Source: a virus
IMG/VR virus record: IMGVR_UViG_3300027432_000001
Location: 1-39,729 of that record
Length of the DNA: 39,729 nt
Reading direction: 5' to 3' (one strand)
Shown: in pieces, positions 30,368 to 39,250 of the stretch
Position numbering within the stretch: the first letter of the stretch is position 1
How the letters are laid out: each line of letters starts with the position of its first letter
Position numbers and translations under genes: made by a program
The notes under the pieces: model-generated
What the model was told of the DNA's origin: nothing
What the model saw: only the letters and a program-made list of their open reading frames with translations
Databases searched by the model: none

Positions 30368-31249
30368 CTATCTCGCTGCTGTCAATGTTTGTGTATAATA
30401 AACTAGGTCTACTTCAAGGCTCCCTGCTGCGATAGTTCCTGCGCTACGAGCTATATCGACATAAAAATTCGTTGCAAGAGTAGGAATATTCGTTGCAATA
30501 GTTCCGGCAGAGACTCCATTGATTGTAAATCCCACTGAAGACGCCGCTGCATTCACAGTAACCCCTAGATTGATCCATCCTGTGCCGACTGCCGTAGCCG
30601 TATTTGTCGTAGTTCTGACTCCACCTGCTGCTGTTTTGAGCACCCAATTGCCAGAATTCGTACCACTAGAATAGAGAAAATAGGCTCCGTTGCTCGGTTC
30701 GCCTCCTCCCGTATCACCAAACCCGACATAGAGTGTGTAAGTGTTTGTTCCAGTCGATAAAGTCGCAACATTGATTACCCAGTTCAAAGTTATAGCACCC
30801 CCACCGAAAACAAGTATCTCAGATGCGTACGCAGAAAGAAGATACGATCCTCCCAAGGTTATTGATGGAGACGCTACTATTCCAGGATGCGTACTCAATT
30901 GTGTAGCACTAGCATATCCAATTGGATTGGTCGAACTGGTTAGCCACCCCAACTGACTTTGAAGTGATCCCGTCGCATTTAGCGCAGCAATAAAATCATC
31001 ACTCAGATCAATTGTTGCATTAGGACTAAACGATCCAGGATTCGCTTGAAATGAAGGATCGGCTGAAGCTCCGTTGCTCGTAAGAACAAAACCCGATGTG
31101 CTTGGCGCTACATTGGTGATTCCGTTACTAGCCGCACCTACCAAAACGTTATGATTCGTGGTGGTATCCGCAGAGAAAGTAGCCGTTCCGTCAAAAACAA
31201 TAATTCCTGCCGAAGAAACGTTTAATGCATTTCCGGGTGTTGCTGCCAT
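30368..31249 (-). CDS. Tail fibre protein paralogue A (293 aa)
   Basis: The N-terminal 50 aa are nearly identical to those of the 31251..31955 product. The rest is Gly/Ser/Thr/Ala/Asn-rich beta-type sequence. Confidence 0.65.
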   Translation of the reverse strand: MAATPGNALNVSSAGIIVFDGTATFSADTTTNHNVLVGAASNGITNVAPSTSGFVLTSNGASADPSFQANPGSFSPNATIDLSDDFIAALNATGSLQSQLGWLTSSTNPIGYASATQLSTHPGIVASPSITLGGSYLLSAYASEILVFGGGAITLNWVINVATLSTGTNTYTLYVGFGDTGGGEPSNGAYFLYSSGTNSGNWVLKTAAGGVRTTTNTATAVGTGWINLGVTVNAAASSVGFTINGVSAGTIATNIPTLATNFYVDIARSAGTIAAGSLEVDLVYYTQTLTAAR

Positions 31250-31250
31250 A

Positions 31251-31955
31251 TTAGGTGACCGTCCATGTTCCTATTGAGTCTATTGCGATCCATGTGGTGT
31301 CTGCTGCGCGATATACTAAAGTGATTGAGTCGCCTCTTTTGTTACTTGCGCATGTTCCTGCCGAAGCCGATGCCACGTTTCCTAGTCTAATGATTTGTCC
31401 CGTATTTGCAGTAATTGTAAGGACGTTGGTTGCATCTGTAGCGAAAGCGATGGTGTTTCCCTGAGACGGTGAAGCTGGCATTGTCGCTGTTGCTGTGCCA
31501 GTAACGAAATAGCCATTCCCCGCTACAGCATTGAAGCTCGTAGATTCATCAGTCCATGTCATCGCAGTAAAAGGAATCGCTTGAAATGAAGGCAAAGAAG
31601 ACGCGCCTGTAGAAGTGAAAACAAATCCGCTAGTACCGATGCCGGATGCAGCACTTTGAAGCGCTCCAGTAGTTGTTGTTCCTCCGGCGATTGGTGCGTA
31701 TGCTGTAAAAGATGTAGCGCCCGTTCCACCACCTGCAACTACCGCCGTACCAAATGCCGGATCAGACGATGCACCCTGCGAAATAAGAGGCACACCACTC
31801 GTTGCTGAAGGCGCTACGTTCGTTATCCCGTTTGATGCAGCTCCCACTAACACGTTGTGATTCGTCGTAGTGTCTGCTGAAAATGTCGCTGTTCCGTCGA
31901 AGACTACAATCCCGGCGGTACTTATATTGAGTGCGTTTGCTGCTGTTGCTGCCAT
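31251..31955 (-). CDS. Tail fibre protein paralogue B (234 aa)
   Basis: It shares its N-terminal domain with paralogue A and its C-terminal domain (GNGYF...IRLG...ITLVY) with paralogue C. AGGTGA RBS. Confidence 0.65.
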   Translation of the reverse strand: MAATAANALNISTAGIVVFDGTATFSADTTTNHNVLVGAASNGITNVAPSATSGVPLISQGASSDPAFGTAVVAGGGTGATSFTAYAPIAGGTTTTGALQSAASGIGTSGFVFTSTGASSLPSFQAIPFTAMTWTDESTSFNAVAGNGYFVTGTATATMPASPSQGNTIAFATDATNVLTITANTGQIIRLGNVASASAGTCASNKRGDSITLVYRAADTTWIAIDSIGTWTVT

Positions 31956-31962
31956 GTTTCAC

Positions 31963-32469
31963 CTATGCGATTGTTAGTGTTCCTTGAGGAGCCTTTGCGA
32001 AGAATAAGTTGCTGCCCACATAGACAATTTCTACTTCATCTCCTGCTGTATTTGCCGTAAGAGTGCCGCTGCCCGCTGTAGATAGCTGCGCTCCAAGTCG
32101 TATCTGCTGGCTCCCGTTCTGCGTGATCTGGAATAACGATGTCACTGCAAGGATAATGAATGTGTCCCCTATATTCGGAGCTACAGGCAGGTTTAATATA
32201 CACTGCGATACCCCTCGACAGATGTACCCGTTTCCTGCTACAATCTGCTTCACGTTGTCGGCACTGGTGATCGTATTCCAGGTTATGCCACCCGTCGTTC
32301 CAGTGAAGGTAATTAATACTGTATTTCCAGCTCCGGAGGTCGAGATGTCAGTGCCGCCCAAAATATTGAGCACGTTAGAAACAGGAACAGCAGTACCCGA
32401 ATCAGTGACGAAGCTTGTCGGGATGCTCGGATTACTACCTGCTGCATTAATGATACCTGCTTGTGACAC
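31963..32469 (-). CDS. Tail fibre protein paralogue C (168 aa, GTG start)
   Basis: The C-terminal domain GNGYICRG...GDTFII...QQIRLGAQ...GDEVEIVY is homologous to that of paralogue B. Confidence 0.6.
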   Translation of the reverse strand: MSQAGIINAAGSNPSIPTSFVTDSGTAVPVSNVLNILGGTDISTSGAGNTVLITFTGTTGGITWNTITSADNVKQIVAGNGYICRGVSQCILNLPVAPNIGDTFIILAVTSLFQITQNGSQQIRLGAQLSTAGSGTLTANTAGDEVEIVYVGSNLFFAKAPQGTLTIA

Positions 32470-32472
32470 GTG

Positions 32473-33360
32473 CTACCCATTGAGTTCATGGCGTTTTAAT
32501 AATAGCTGAATGTTCTCGACCTTCTTGTTTAGTAGCTCTATCTGCATCGCACCATTACTTGCCTTCAGAGACGCATTCTTGGCATCTAGGGCGATCAATT
32601 CATTTTGAGCAGTATGAGTGGCCAGGTCAGCACGCGTTACGATGTCCTGGGGCAAATTAGAGGCCTTCTGAGCGATTTCAATGATGCTCTGTAATTTATC
32701 GATCGTAGCTTTCATTTGCTCATACCGCTTCTCCATCTTCGCGTTCAATTCGTTAGAAGCTAGTTTCATTCCATTCACAAAAGTACCAAACTGCTCTATC
32801 TCTGTGAGTGCATAAGAACTTTCTTTAGCCATGTTCTTGCAAGAAGCTATACTGAAATCAGATGTTTTTTCGCATTTGTCCGCTAAATTCCGTACTAACT
32901 CTTTCAGCTTGTACGTTTCAGTTTGAAAGTGCTCTATATCGGCGCTAAAATCTTTTGGCTGAGGAATATTCTTTATCGACTTCTCTATGTCATCGAAGCG
33001 TGTATAGCTCTTGTTTAGTGACTCGAAGAAACGGTCCTTCACTTCTTTTTGTGTAGCGCATTCTTTCTTGAGTTCTTGCTGCTGAACTTCTATCTGCCCA
33101 ATGTCCGCATTTACACGAATACTTCTGTTACTGAGATCAATAATCTGCCGAGAGAGTTCCGTATTTACCTGTGCCAGTTTCGCTTGCGTCGCTTGGTGCT
33201 GCTTCTTCTCAAGCTCCAATGCATCTTTCAACTCTTGGATCTCTTTGCGAATCTCAAGCAGCTCGGAAAACCTGTTGCCTATCACAGCGAACCGTTGCTC
33301 AATCTCTTTATCAAGCACCGACTCTTCAAGGCTTTTGTTTCTAACCCTTTCACACGACAT
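32473..33360 (-). CDS. Coiled-coil virion/fibre-associated protein (295 aa; track ORF extends to 33468)
   Basis: AAAGGAGAG RBS. The ATG at 33360 lies 1 nt after the upstream TAG. Heptad-rich Glu/Lys/Gln/Leu sequence runs throughout. Confidence 0.6.
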   Translation of the reverse strand: MSCERVRNKSLEESVLDKEIEQRFAVIGNRFSELLEIRKEIQELKDALELEKKQHQATQAKLAQVNTELSRQIIDLSNRSIRVNADIGQIEVQQQELKKECATQKEVKDRFFESLNKSYTRFDDIEKSIKNIPQPKDFSADIEHFQTETYKLKELVRNLADKCEKTSDFSIASCKNMAKESSYALTEIEQFGTFVNGMKLASNELNAKMEKRYEQMKATIDKLQSIIEIAQKASNLPQDIVTRADLATHTAQNELIALDAKNASLKASNGAMQIELLNKKVENIQLLLKRHELNG

Positions 33361-33361
33361 G

Positions 33362-33700
33362 CTACTCTCCTTTGGCATAGAGTCCTTCAGCATAGACACT
33401 TCCAGTTGAAGGAGCCGAACTGTACTTGACATAGAGCTGTGTATTGATACCGACGAGCAGGTTGTCATTCAGGTTACTCGGCGCAGCATTAGCAGCCACG
33501 TCGTACAATACAAAACTCCCCTTGGGCACAAACAAATTATCAGTCGTTCCATCAAAGCTGATAAACAAGTCCCCGTCAGTGTTGTTAGTAATACGGAACA
33601 TCCTCCAAAGGTGCGTGATCGCTGTACCCAATGTGGTATATGCGTTCGTTATCGATCCAGCCGCTTTACTGCGCAGCGCGTCTACCCTTAATACAGCCAT
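33362..33700 (-). CDS. Hypothetical virion-module protein (112 aa)
   Basis: AAGGAG RBS 6 nt upstream. Beta-rich. Confidence 0.6.
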   Translation of the reverse strand: MAVLRVDALRSKAAGSITNAYTTLGTAITHLWRMFRITNNTDGDLFISFDGTTDNLFVPKGSFVLYDVAANAAPSNLNDNLLVGINTQLYVKYSSAPSTGSVYAEGLYAKGE

Positions 33701-33710
33701 GTGCGACTCC

Positions 33711-34481
33711 TTATGCTAGTAACCCGTATGTTCTCAAAGCAGCGATACACCCTTGCAATCCAAGAGCTAGCTGATAGATGTCGTTACGAATCGCAGCAGA
33801 ATCGTTTGCGTACACTGTTAAGTCTGTATAGTTGGCGATGGTACCTGTAGAACCGCCGGCTGTTACGCTGTTGGTTATAGCACCCTGCAACTGCTGAACT
33901 ACCGGAGCCGCATTGTAGAATCCAAGCTTCTGTGTAGTAGCTGTACCGATTTTTGTACCTGTAGTTGCACCGAGTACGATGTTTGAACCGTCGGCAATTG
34001 TGAATGTCCCGGAACCAAGCGCTGCACTACCCAAGTTGAGCGGAGAAGCACCCGAAGCAAGCAATCCCAAACTCACTAGCGCTGTTTTTATGTCGGTAGC
34101 AGCAGCAGGCTGAACAACCGGAGTTGCCCCGTAAAATCCCAATTTCTGCGTTGTTGCCGTACCAATCTCAGTACCTGTAGTGGTGCCTACTGCGATGTTC
34201 GATGCGTCTCCCAGAGTCACTAAGCTCGATGCGGTTGTGCTGAGTGTAGTTGCGTGAACTGGGCGTGGTGTAGTGCTGCCGAAACCAAGTACTGGGGGTG
34301 AAGCAAAGTCCAATCCTACGGCAGATTGCGCTGTAGCCGGTGAGAGATACACGTCGGTTAAGGTACCTGTGGCTGCTTCTGTGGCTGTAGCTGCGCGCAC
34401 TGTGCTGTTCACGACTGTTGCCGGAGCACTCGCCCCAGGTGGATAACCTGCATAACCTAGTGGATTACTGAATAGACCCAT
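33711..34481 (-). CDS. Fibre/tail-associated protein with internal duplicated GT.IGTATTQKLGFYxAxPVVQ motif (256 aa)
   Basis: GGAGGG RBS. There are two ~40-aa repeats: NIAVGTTTGTEIGTATTQKLGFYGATPVVQ and NIVLGATTGTKIGTATTQKLGFYNAAPVVQ. Confidence 0.6.
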   Translation of the reverse strand: MGLFSNPLGYAGYPPGASAPATVVNSTVRAATATEAATGTLTDVYLSPATAQSAVGLDFASPPVLGFGSTTPRPVHATTLSTTASSLVTLGDASNIAVGTTTGTEIGTATTQKLGFYGATPVVQPAAATDIKTALVSLGLLASGASPLNLGSAALGSGTFTIADGSNIVLGATTGTKIGTATTQKLGFYNAAPVVQQLQGAITNSVTAGGSTGTIANYTDLTVYANDSAAIRNDIYQLALGLQGCIAALRTYGLLA

Positions 34482-34493
34482 AAAACCCTCCGT

Positions 34494-34532
34494 TAAATTT
34501 TTACTTTACATTTACAACAAAAAAAATTTAGT
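34494..34532 (-). promoter_or_regulatory. Conserved intergenic motif, copy C
   Basis: Minus strand reads CTAAATTTTTTTTGTTGTAAATGTAAAGTAAAAATTTAA. It lies 13-51 nt upstream of the 34481 start. Confidence 0.4.
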
Positions 34533-34570
34533 GTACAGAGATTTGTTGACTTTTCTTAAATGCGGAAATG

Positions 34571-34579
34571 TGCTATACT
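34571..34579 (+). promoter_or_regulatory. Extended -10 promoter candidate (TGcTATACT) for the plus-strand small-gene cassette
   Basis: TGCTATACT lies 22 nt upstream of the ATG at 34601. A TTGACT box sits 22 nt upstream, which is too far for a canonical -35. Confidence 0.45.
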
Positions 34580-34600
34580 ATTGGAAACAAATGAGGAACT

Positions 34601-34807
34601 ATGGAAAAATCTAATCAGATCCAGTGGCAACCAATGATTGAAATGGTAATTGTTTTGATAACTATTTTAGGTTCTACAATTCCATTATACTTGCAGAATT
34701 CTAATCAAATACAAGCCATACATCAAGAAATGAGAGACTTTCATGGAAGATTAGAAAGACAAGATGCAGAATTCAAAGCGCACATGATGCATCACCATAA
34801 GGAATAA
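34601..34807 (+). CDS. Small N-terminal-TM plus coiled-coil protein, cassette copy 1 (68 aa)
   Basis: GAGGA RBS. TM segment MIEMVIVLITILGSTIPLYL followed by a charged helix. Paralogous to the 34897..35115 product. Confidence 0.6.
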   Translation: MEKSNQIQWQPMIEMVIVLITILGSTIPLYLQNSNQIQAIHQEMRDFHGRLERQDAEFKAHMMHHHKE

Positions 34808-34810
34808 GAA

Positions 34811-34864
34811 ATGATACTTACAATACTTATAATGGCAGCAATCTGGTTTGCTTTCGATGCTTAA
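34811..34864 (+). CDS. 17-aa hydrophobic micropeptide, cassette copy 1
   Basis: MILTILIMAAIWFAFDA. AAGGAA lies 5 nt upstream. It starts 3 nt after the upstream stop. A paralogous peptide follows the second cassette gene. Confidence 0.4.
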   Translation: MILTILIMAAIWFAFDA

Positions 34865-34896
34865 CCTTCATAGAATAGCAGGCAAGGAGAAATAGT

Positions 34897-35115
34897 ATGA
34901 AGGATAACATAGAATTCACAGGACACATAGAATTTTTAGTTTTATTAATCACTCTTTTAGGTGGTTTTTATCTATTGGATGGAAAAATAGAGAGGCAAGG
35001 AGAGAGAACCGATAAACTTTATGAAATGTTTTGTGATGCTCAGAAAGATTATAATAATAAATTTGACATTATTAACCAAAGATATATTGAATTAAGGACG
35101 GAAAACAGGAAATGA
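34897..35115 (+). CDS. Small N-terminal-TM plus coiled-coil protein, cassette copy 2 (72 aa)
   Basis: AAGGAGA RBS. TM segment HIEFLVLLITLLGGFYLL followed by a charged helix. Confidence 0.6.
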   Translation: MKDNIEFTGHIEFLVLLITLLGGFYLLDGKIERQGERTDKLYEMFCDAQKDYNNKFDIINQRYIELRTENRK

Positions 35116-35165
35116 TTTACACTATATTAGTCATAGTAGCAGTTTATCTAGCATTCAAGCTTTAG
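35112..35165 (+). CDS. 17-aa hydrophobic micropeptide, cassette copy 2
   Basis: MIYTILVIVAVYLAFKL. ATGA overlap with the upstream stop. Its 3' end overlaps the convergent 588-aa gene by 4 nt. Confidence 0.4.
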   Translation: MIYTILVIVAVYLAFKL

Positions 35166-36928
35166 TCTTCATAGAATGGCAAGTCCAGTAGCATCGCGTC
35201 CATAAACTCATCGACACTTCCATATTCTTGCGAGATTTCCTTCTCTAGATCGGCAAAGTCTTTTTTCAGCAGATTGAATGCTCCTTCCGCAGCGTGCTTC
35301 ATCGTTAGCTTGTATACTTCTCTTGTAGCTGGTCTTGTAAGAAGTTTCCCTTGAATATGTTGAGCTACTGGGCGTGCTATAGAAAGAAGTCCGCCAGCCA
35401 TCTTATTCGGCACAAGAAGCAGCGGAGCTATTTGTCCCCACGCTTTGATTTCATTGAAGATAGTCTGGCTCTTGATGTCGATGAATTGAGCCATTCTTTC
35501 TTGAGCTTCTTTGCCGTATCGAGCGATTTCCTCTAGGTCCTTGATACCCTCTTTGCTCATGTTCCTGCGTAGAAAGTTACCCTGTTTCGAATTGAGTACC
35601 TTGTCGAGCTTCTTCGGACTGTATCCATCTTTGAATGCTTTGTTTAGGATCGCTTCAGTCTGATAAAGTTTGGACTTCTCTGAATAGATCTTGTTGGCTG
35701 CCTTGAATGAATTGGCGACATCTGAGCTGCCTTGTTTCTCAATCGCTTCGACTAACTGGTTGTTCAGAAATGCATAAGTTTTTCGCACTTGTTCTTCTTT
35801 TCCTGAGAACTCCGGCTTGCGGTAAATCTGCTTCACATCCGAATTGTAGTTCTTGTGCTGCATGATCAATTGCTCTGAAGAAGGTTTCGCTACCTGAAGA
35901 ATGTCTCGTTCGTTTTCGAGTATCTTAATCGCCGTCTTTTGTGCGTCGCTTGGTGAAGGTGCGAGTGACTGTATGCGCGCTATCTCCTTATCAATATTAT
36001 CCACTATCGGCTGTGTATTGATTGGCCTGGGATTCTTCTGTGCCAATTGGTGTGTCACTTCGTATGCGTGTTCCCCCAATGCATCGAGATTCACTCCCCG
36101 GTCATTGAGCCGTTTCAATGGCAGCTCGTCCCGCACAATCTTCTTCATCGCTTCCGTGCTTGATAGATCAAACGCATCCTTCAACCTACGCTCTGTCGAT
36201 TCAAACAGCTTGCCCTTCACTAGGGGCGCTCTCTCACGATTCATGAACTCAAGGAACGGTAGCGCGTGTTTCTGTGCAGTCTTTTCGAATTGTGTGCCTG
36301 CTTTTGTTATCTGTGAGGGTACCTTCTGAATCGCTGCTGGTGAAAGACTCGCTACATCTCCTATCAATTCGGCTTTACCTTCACCAACTCCTGCTTGCTT
36401 GAGTGCTTGGGTTGAACCGGCTCCAATCGCTCCCGCTGTGAGTCTCTTCGCTACACCACCTGGAGTAAATGCCGCTAGTCTTGTGAACTGCTTGGCTGCT
36501 TTACCTGCTTCAGTCTTGGGTTGTAACGATATACCGCTCAGTTCCTCGAAGGCGTGTTCTCCTAACTCTTGTGTGGGAATGTATCGTGCCGTATCGAAGA
36601 CACCCTTGACGTACTCTTTTCTATCAAACGGCTTTCCTTCTTTTCGGTGTAGCTCTTCCAATTCGTCTATGTCTGTTAGTCCTTCGCCAATCATTCCAAG
36701 TTTCAACACATCTGCCGGCCAAGTGAAATAAGAGAGCGCGCCGAGTCCAGCTTGTGTCAGTACATCACCCGTTACCTCTAACCAGCTTGGTTCTTTTTGA
36801 GATTGTTTCTCAGCTTGTTCTAAGTCAACAAAATCACTAAAGAATTCTTCATCTCTTTGTTTTTCAGCCGATTCTAGGTCTATGAAATCACTAAAAAAAT
36901 CGTCGCTTTCATCTACCATAGTTTCCAT
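35162..36928 (-). CDS. Internal virion / ejection protein candidate (588 aa)
   Basis: Large helical protein at the T7 gp15/gp16-equivalent position. It has a duplicated N-terminal acidic motif, DDFFSDFIDLESAEKQ and EEFFSDFVDLEQAEKQ. No catalytic motif was recognised. Confidence 0.45.
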   Translation of the reverse strand: METMVDESDDFFSDFIDLESAEKQRDEEFFSDFVDLEQAEKQSQKEPSWLEVTGDVLTQAGLGALSYFTWPADVLKLGMIGEGLTDIDELEELHRKEGKPFDRKEYVKGVFDTARYIPTQELGEHAFEELSGISLQPKTEAGKAAKQFTRLAAFTPGGVAKRLTAGAIGAGSTQALKQAGVGEGKAELIGDVASLSPAAIQKVPSQITKAGTQFEKTAQKHALPFLEFMNRERAPLVKGKLFESTERRLKDAFDLSSTEAMKKIVRDELPLKRLNDRGVNLDALGEHAYEVTHQLAQKNPRPINTQPIVDNIDKEIARIQSLAPSPSDAQKTAIKILENERDILQVAKPSSEQLIMQHKNYNSDVKQIYRKPEFSGKEEQVRKTYAFLNNQLVEAIEKQGSSDVANSFKAANKIYSEKSKLYQTEAILNKAFKDGYSPKKLDKVLNSKQGNFLRRNMSKEGIKDLEEIARYGKEAQERMAQFIDIKSQTIFNEIKAWGQIAPLLLVPNKMAGGLLSIARPVAQHIQGKLLTRPATREVYKLTMKHAAEGAFNLLKKDFADLEKEISQEYGSVDEFMDAMLLDLPFYED

Positions 36929-38253
36929 CCACGCTTAAGAGCTCCTTCGATCTTACTTTTTGGTGCCGCTTGAAATACACCTTCTGGAGACTGCATCAAC
37001 TTGTGGTCTTTGTATTTCGGATCATTCGCCATCAAATCCAAGAAGCCGGAAGCTGTATCCAAATTGTTGATCTTTCCAATGATGTTTGCCTGTTTATCTG
37101 CTACGTTGTCGTCTACGATGCGTTGAATGTCCGAATAGCTTGCGTTTCTTCCGTAGTGCTTCAAGCCTTTCTCCAATTCCCTGTCATGTGCCGCTTCCAG
37201 TTCAGACATCAGCTTCATCTGCTCAATGATTAGCCGCCTACCATCTTCCGTGTTCATCAGCGTAGGCAATCTCGATTTGAAGGATGTTAAGTCGAAGTTA
37301 GTCACCCTTCCGCCAAAGTAGTTCTTCGCATCAATCAAAAAGTCGTTGATGTTCTTTACGAAATTCTGCGTCTCTTTATTGACAATTCCTGCTAGAGAAG
37401 CAAGTGCACGCGGTTCACCTGTCACTGGATCAATTACCAATCTACCCAAGCCTGAAGGGAGCTTGTGCGAGTCATTCAATGCAGCGGCCCTTCCGTAGCG
37501 AATCTCTGCGTTTGTGTGCGACTTGTTCTTCTCTTTCGTTTCTTGAAGCAGCTTGTTGTTGAATGTCTGGTTCTTGTCTCGCCACTTCTCACGTTCAGCC
37601 GGCGTAGTTTCTGGAGGCGGCGGTAAATCTGGCCACTCTGGTTTCGGTGCTACTTGCTGTGCGACTTGATTTAAGGCCTCTTGCTGGCTCTCTGTTTCGA
37701 TTTCAGGTTTAATCTGTGTAACAGGCTCATTTTGATCAATTGAAGCTTCTTGAGCCGTTTCTGTGCGTTCTAGTGCCATCGGTTGACGTAGACCCCTTGC
37801 GGTAAGATCGGCATGCTGCTTAGCTATCTGTTGTTTTGTAGCAGGTGTCACGTCTGGGTTCACTAAAAGATCCGCTTCATATTCAGGATAGCCGCTTGCA
37901 AGGTAGTTCTGTTTCGTCGCTTGCGCATCTGTTGGTTCTTTCTTTCCAAGTGCAGCGATACGGTTCTTTTCTTGAGCAATCTCTTCTCCCTTCTTCGATT
38001 TGCGCTGCATCTCTTCGAACTCAGCGGCACCTAGATAGTTCTTGAACAACTGCTGCTTCGCTTCGTTGCCGTACGTCTTGGTATTGGTCACTGCATCGAG
38101 TATCTGGCGTGGCGTCGCATCCGGAGCAAGCCCAGCTATCGCGTTCTGTAGCGCCATTTCATCCGAGCGATTCGTGTATCCCTCAACTGCCCCGGCCCCA
38201 AGCTTGCGAAACACATCCGCCCAGTCGTCTTCTTTTGGAAGTATCGTTACCAT
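36913..38253 (-). CDS. Internal virion / ejection protein candidate (446 aa)
   Basis: AGGAGA RBS. Position after the nozzle-like gene. Helical and charged. No enzymatic motif was recognised. Confidence 0.45.
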   Translation of the reverse strand: MVTILPKEDDWADVFRKLGAGAVEGYTNRSDEMALQNAIAGLAPDATPRQILDAVTNTKTYGNEAKQQLFKNYLGAAEFEEMQRKSKKGEEIAQEKNRIAALGKKEPTDAQATKQNYLASGYPEYEADLLVNPDVTPATKQQIAKQHADLTARGLRQPMALERTETAQEASIDQNEPVTQIKPEIETESQQEALNQVAQQVAPKPEWPDLPPPPETTPAEREKWRDKNQTFNNKLLQETKEKNKSHTNAEIRYGRAAALNDSHKLPSGLGRLVIDPVTGEPRALASLAGIVNKETQNFVKNINDFLIDAKNYFGGRVTNFDLTSFKSRLPTLMNTEDGRRLIIEQMKLMSELEAAHDRELEKGLKHYGRNASYSDIQRIVDDNVADKQANIIGKINNLDTASGFLDLMANDPKYKDHKLMQSPEGVFQAAPKSKIEGALKRGWKLW

Positions 38254-38262
38254 TTTTGTCTC

Positions 38263-38766
38263 CTATCCTGCGATTGCTGCACCGGCTGCTTGCCCAAGAC
38301 CTTGTCCGGCTCCCTGTCCAAAAGCTGTCAGTGCTCCCGTTGTTCCAGGCTTGTAAATGTTTTCAATCGCCTGTCTTCCGAATAAGTTGCTTACACCTTG
38401 AACACGTCTATTGGCTTGGTTCTCTTGAGCACCGTACATCAATTGCGCCAACCTGTCCTGCAAGTCTGTCGCTGCATTGAGTGAACCTCTACGAAACGCT
38501 GATCCTCTCGCGCTATTTCCCCCCGCCAACAACTGCTCTTGTATGTGCGGCAATATCTTGTTCTGAAACTGCTTCAGTGCAGGCTCAGATACTCCCTTTT
38601 CAAATGCACCCTGATCGAACTGCCCAAAGATGTCTGCGTACGGACCTTCTCCAGATTCGAGTCCCTGCTTGATCAGATTCTGCAATTCTTCCTGCGTCTT
38701 CGAAAGCGTCGATGCTTGCTTCAGCTTGCCTTTCTTTCCTACCAATATATCTTTCACGCTAGGCAT
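38263..38766 (-). CDS. Internal virion protein candidate (167 aa)
   Basis: GAGGT RBS. Gly/Ala/Gln-rich C-terminus GQGAGQGLGQAAGAAIAG. At the T7 gp14-equivalent position. Confidence 0.45.
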   Translation of the reverse strand: MPSVKDILVGKKGKLKQASTLSKTQEELQNLIKQGLESGEGPYADIFGQFDQGAFEKGVSEPALKQFQNKILPHIQEQLLAGGNSARGSAFRRGSLNAATDLQDRLAQLMYGAQENQANRRVQGVSNLFGRQAIENIYKPGTTGALTAFGQGAGQGLGQAAGAAIAG

Positions 38767-38773
38767 AGTTACC

Positions 38774-39250
38774 TCAATTCTTTATGTAGTAAACTGTTAG
38801 ATACCCAGTGTATGCCGAGTAATCTGTTCCACCACTTGTTAGTATCACATTAGTACCGTTTCTTACTATAGAGATCTCATTAGCCGCAACAGCCACATCT
38901 ACATTCGGTAGCAGTAGAGTTGTGCTTGAAGCGAGTGTTCCGTTACTAATCCAGCAGGTCCAGTCGATCACCGAGAAGTTCCCAGCGATTCCAAGCGGGA
39001 TCGTGTCTATTGTACCTGCCGCTGTCCAAGCAGGCGTCGCTATCGTCTTCGTAAAGATGTACTTGCCATTCACCCACGCAAATGATGTCTGCCGCTCAGT
39101 TGTAAAGAAACTCAGGTCGCTTATCGTCGCATTCACCGCATTCGCTACTACAATGTGTTCCTGCTGCAACTGATACTGGAACTGCTCCTTTTGGTCTTCC
39201 GGCTTGCCCTCATACTTCTGCCAGCTAAAGTTCGGTTGTAGCTTCGCCAT
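38774..39250 (-). CDS. Virion structural protein (158 aa)
   Basis: TAATG coupling to the nozzle-like gene. Beta-rich sequence. Confidence 0.55.
   Translation of the reverse strand: MAKLQPNFSWQKYEGKPEDQKEQFQYQLQQEHIVVANAVNATISDLSFFTTERQTSFAWVNGKYIFTKTIATPAWTAAGTIDTIPLGIAGNFSVIDWTCWISNGTLASSTTLLLPNVDVAVAANEISIVRNGTNVILTSGGTDYSAYTGYLTVYYIKN

Noticed and set aside
30368-32469. Diversity-generating retroelement acting on the fibre genes
   Set aside because: There is no reverse transcriptase ORF anywhere in the genome. I found no template/variable repeat pair with adenine-specific differences.
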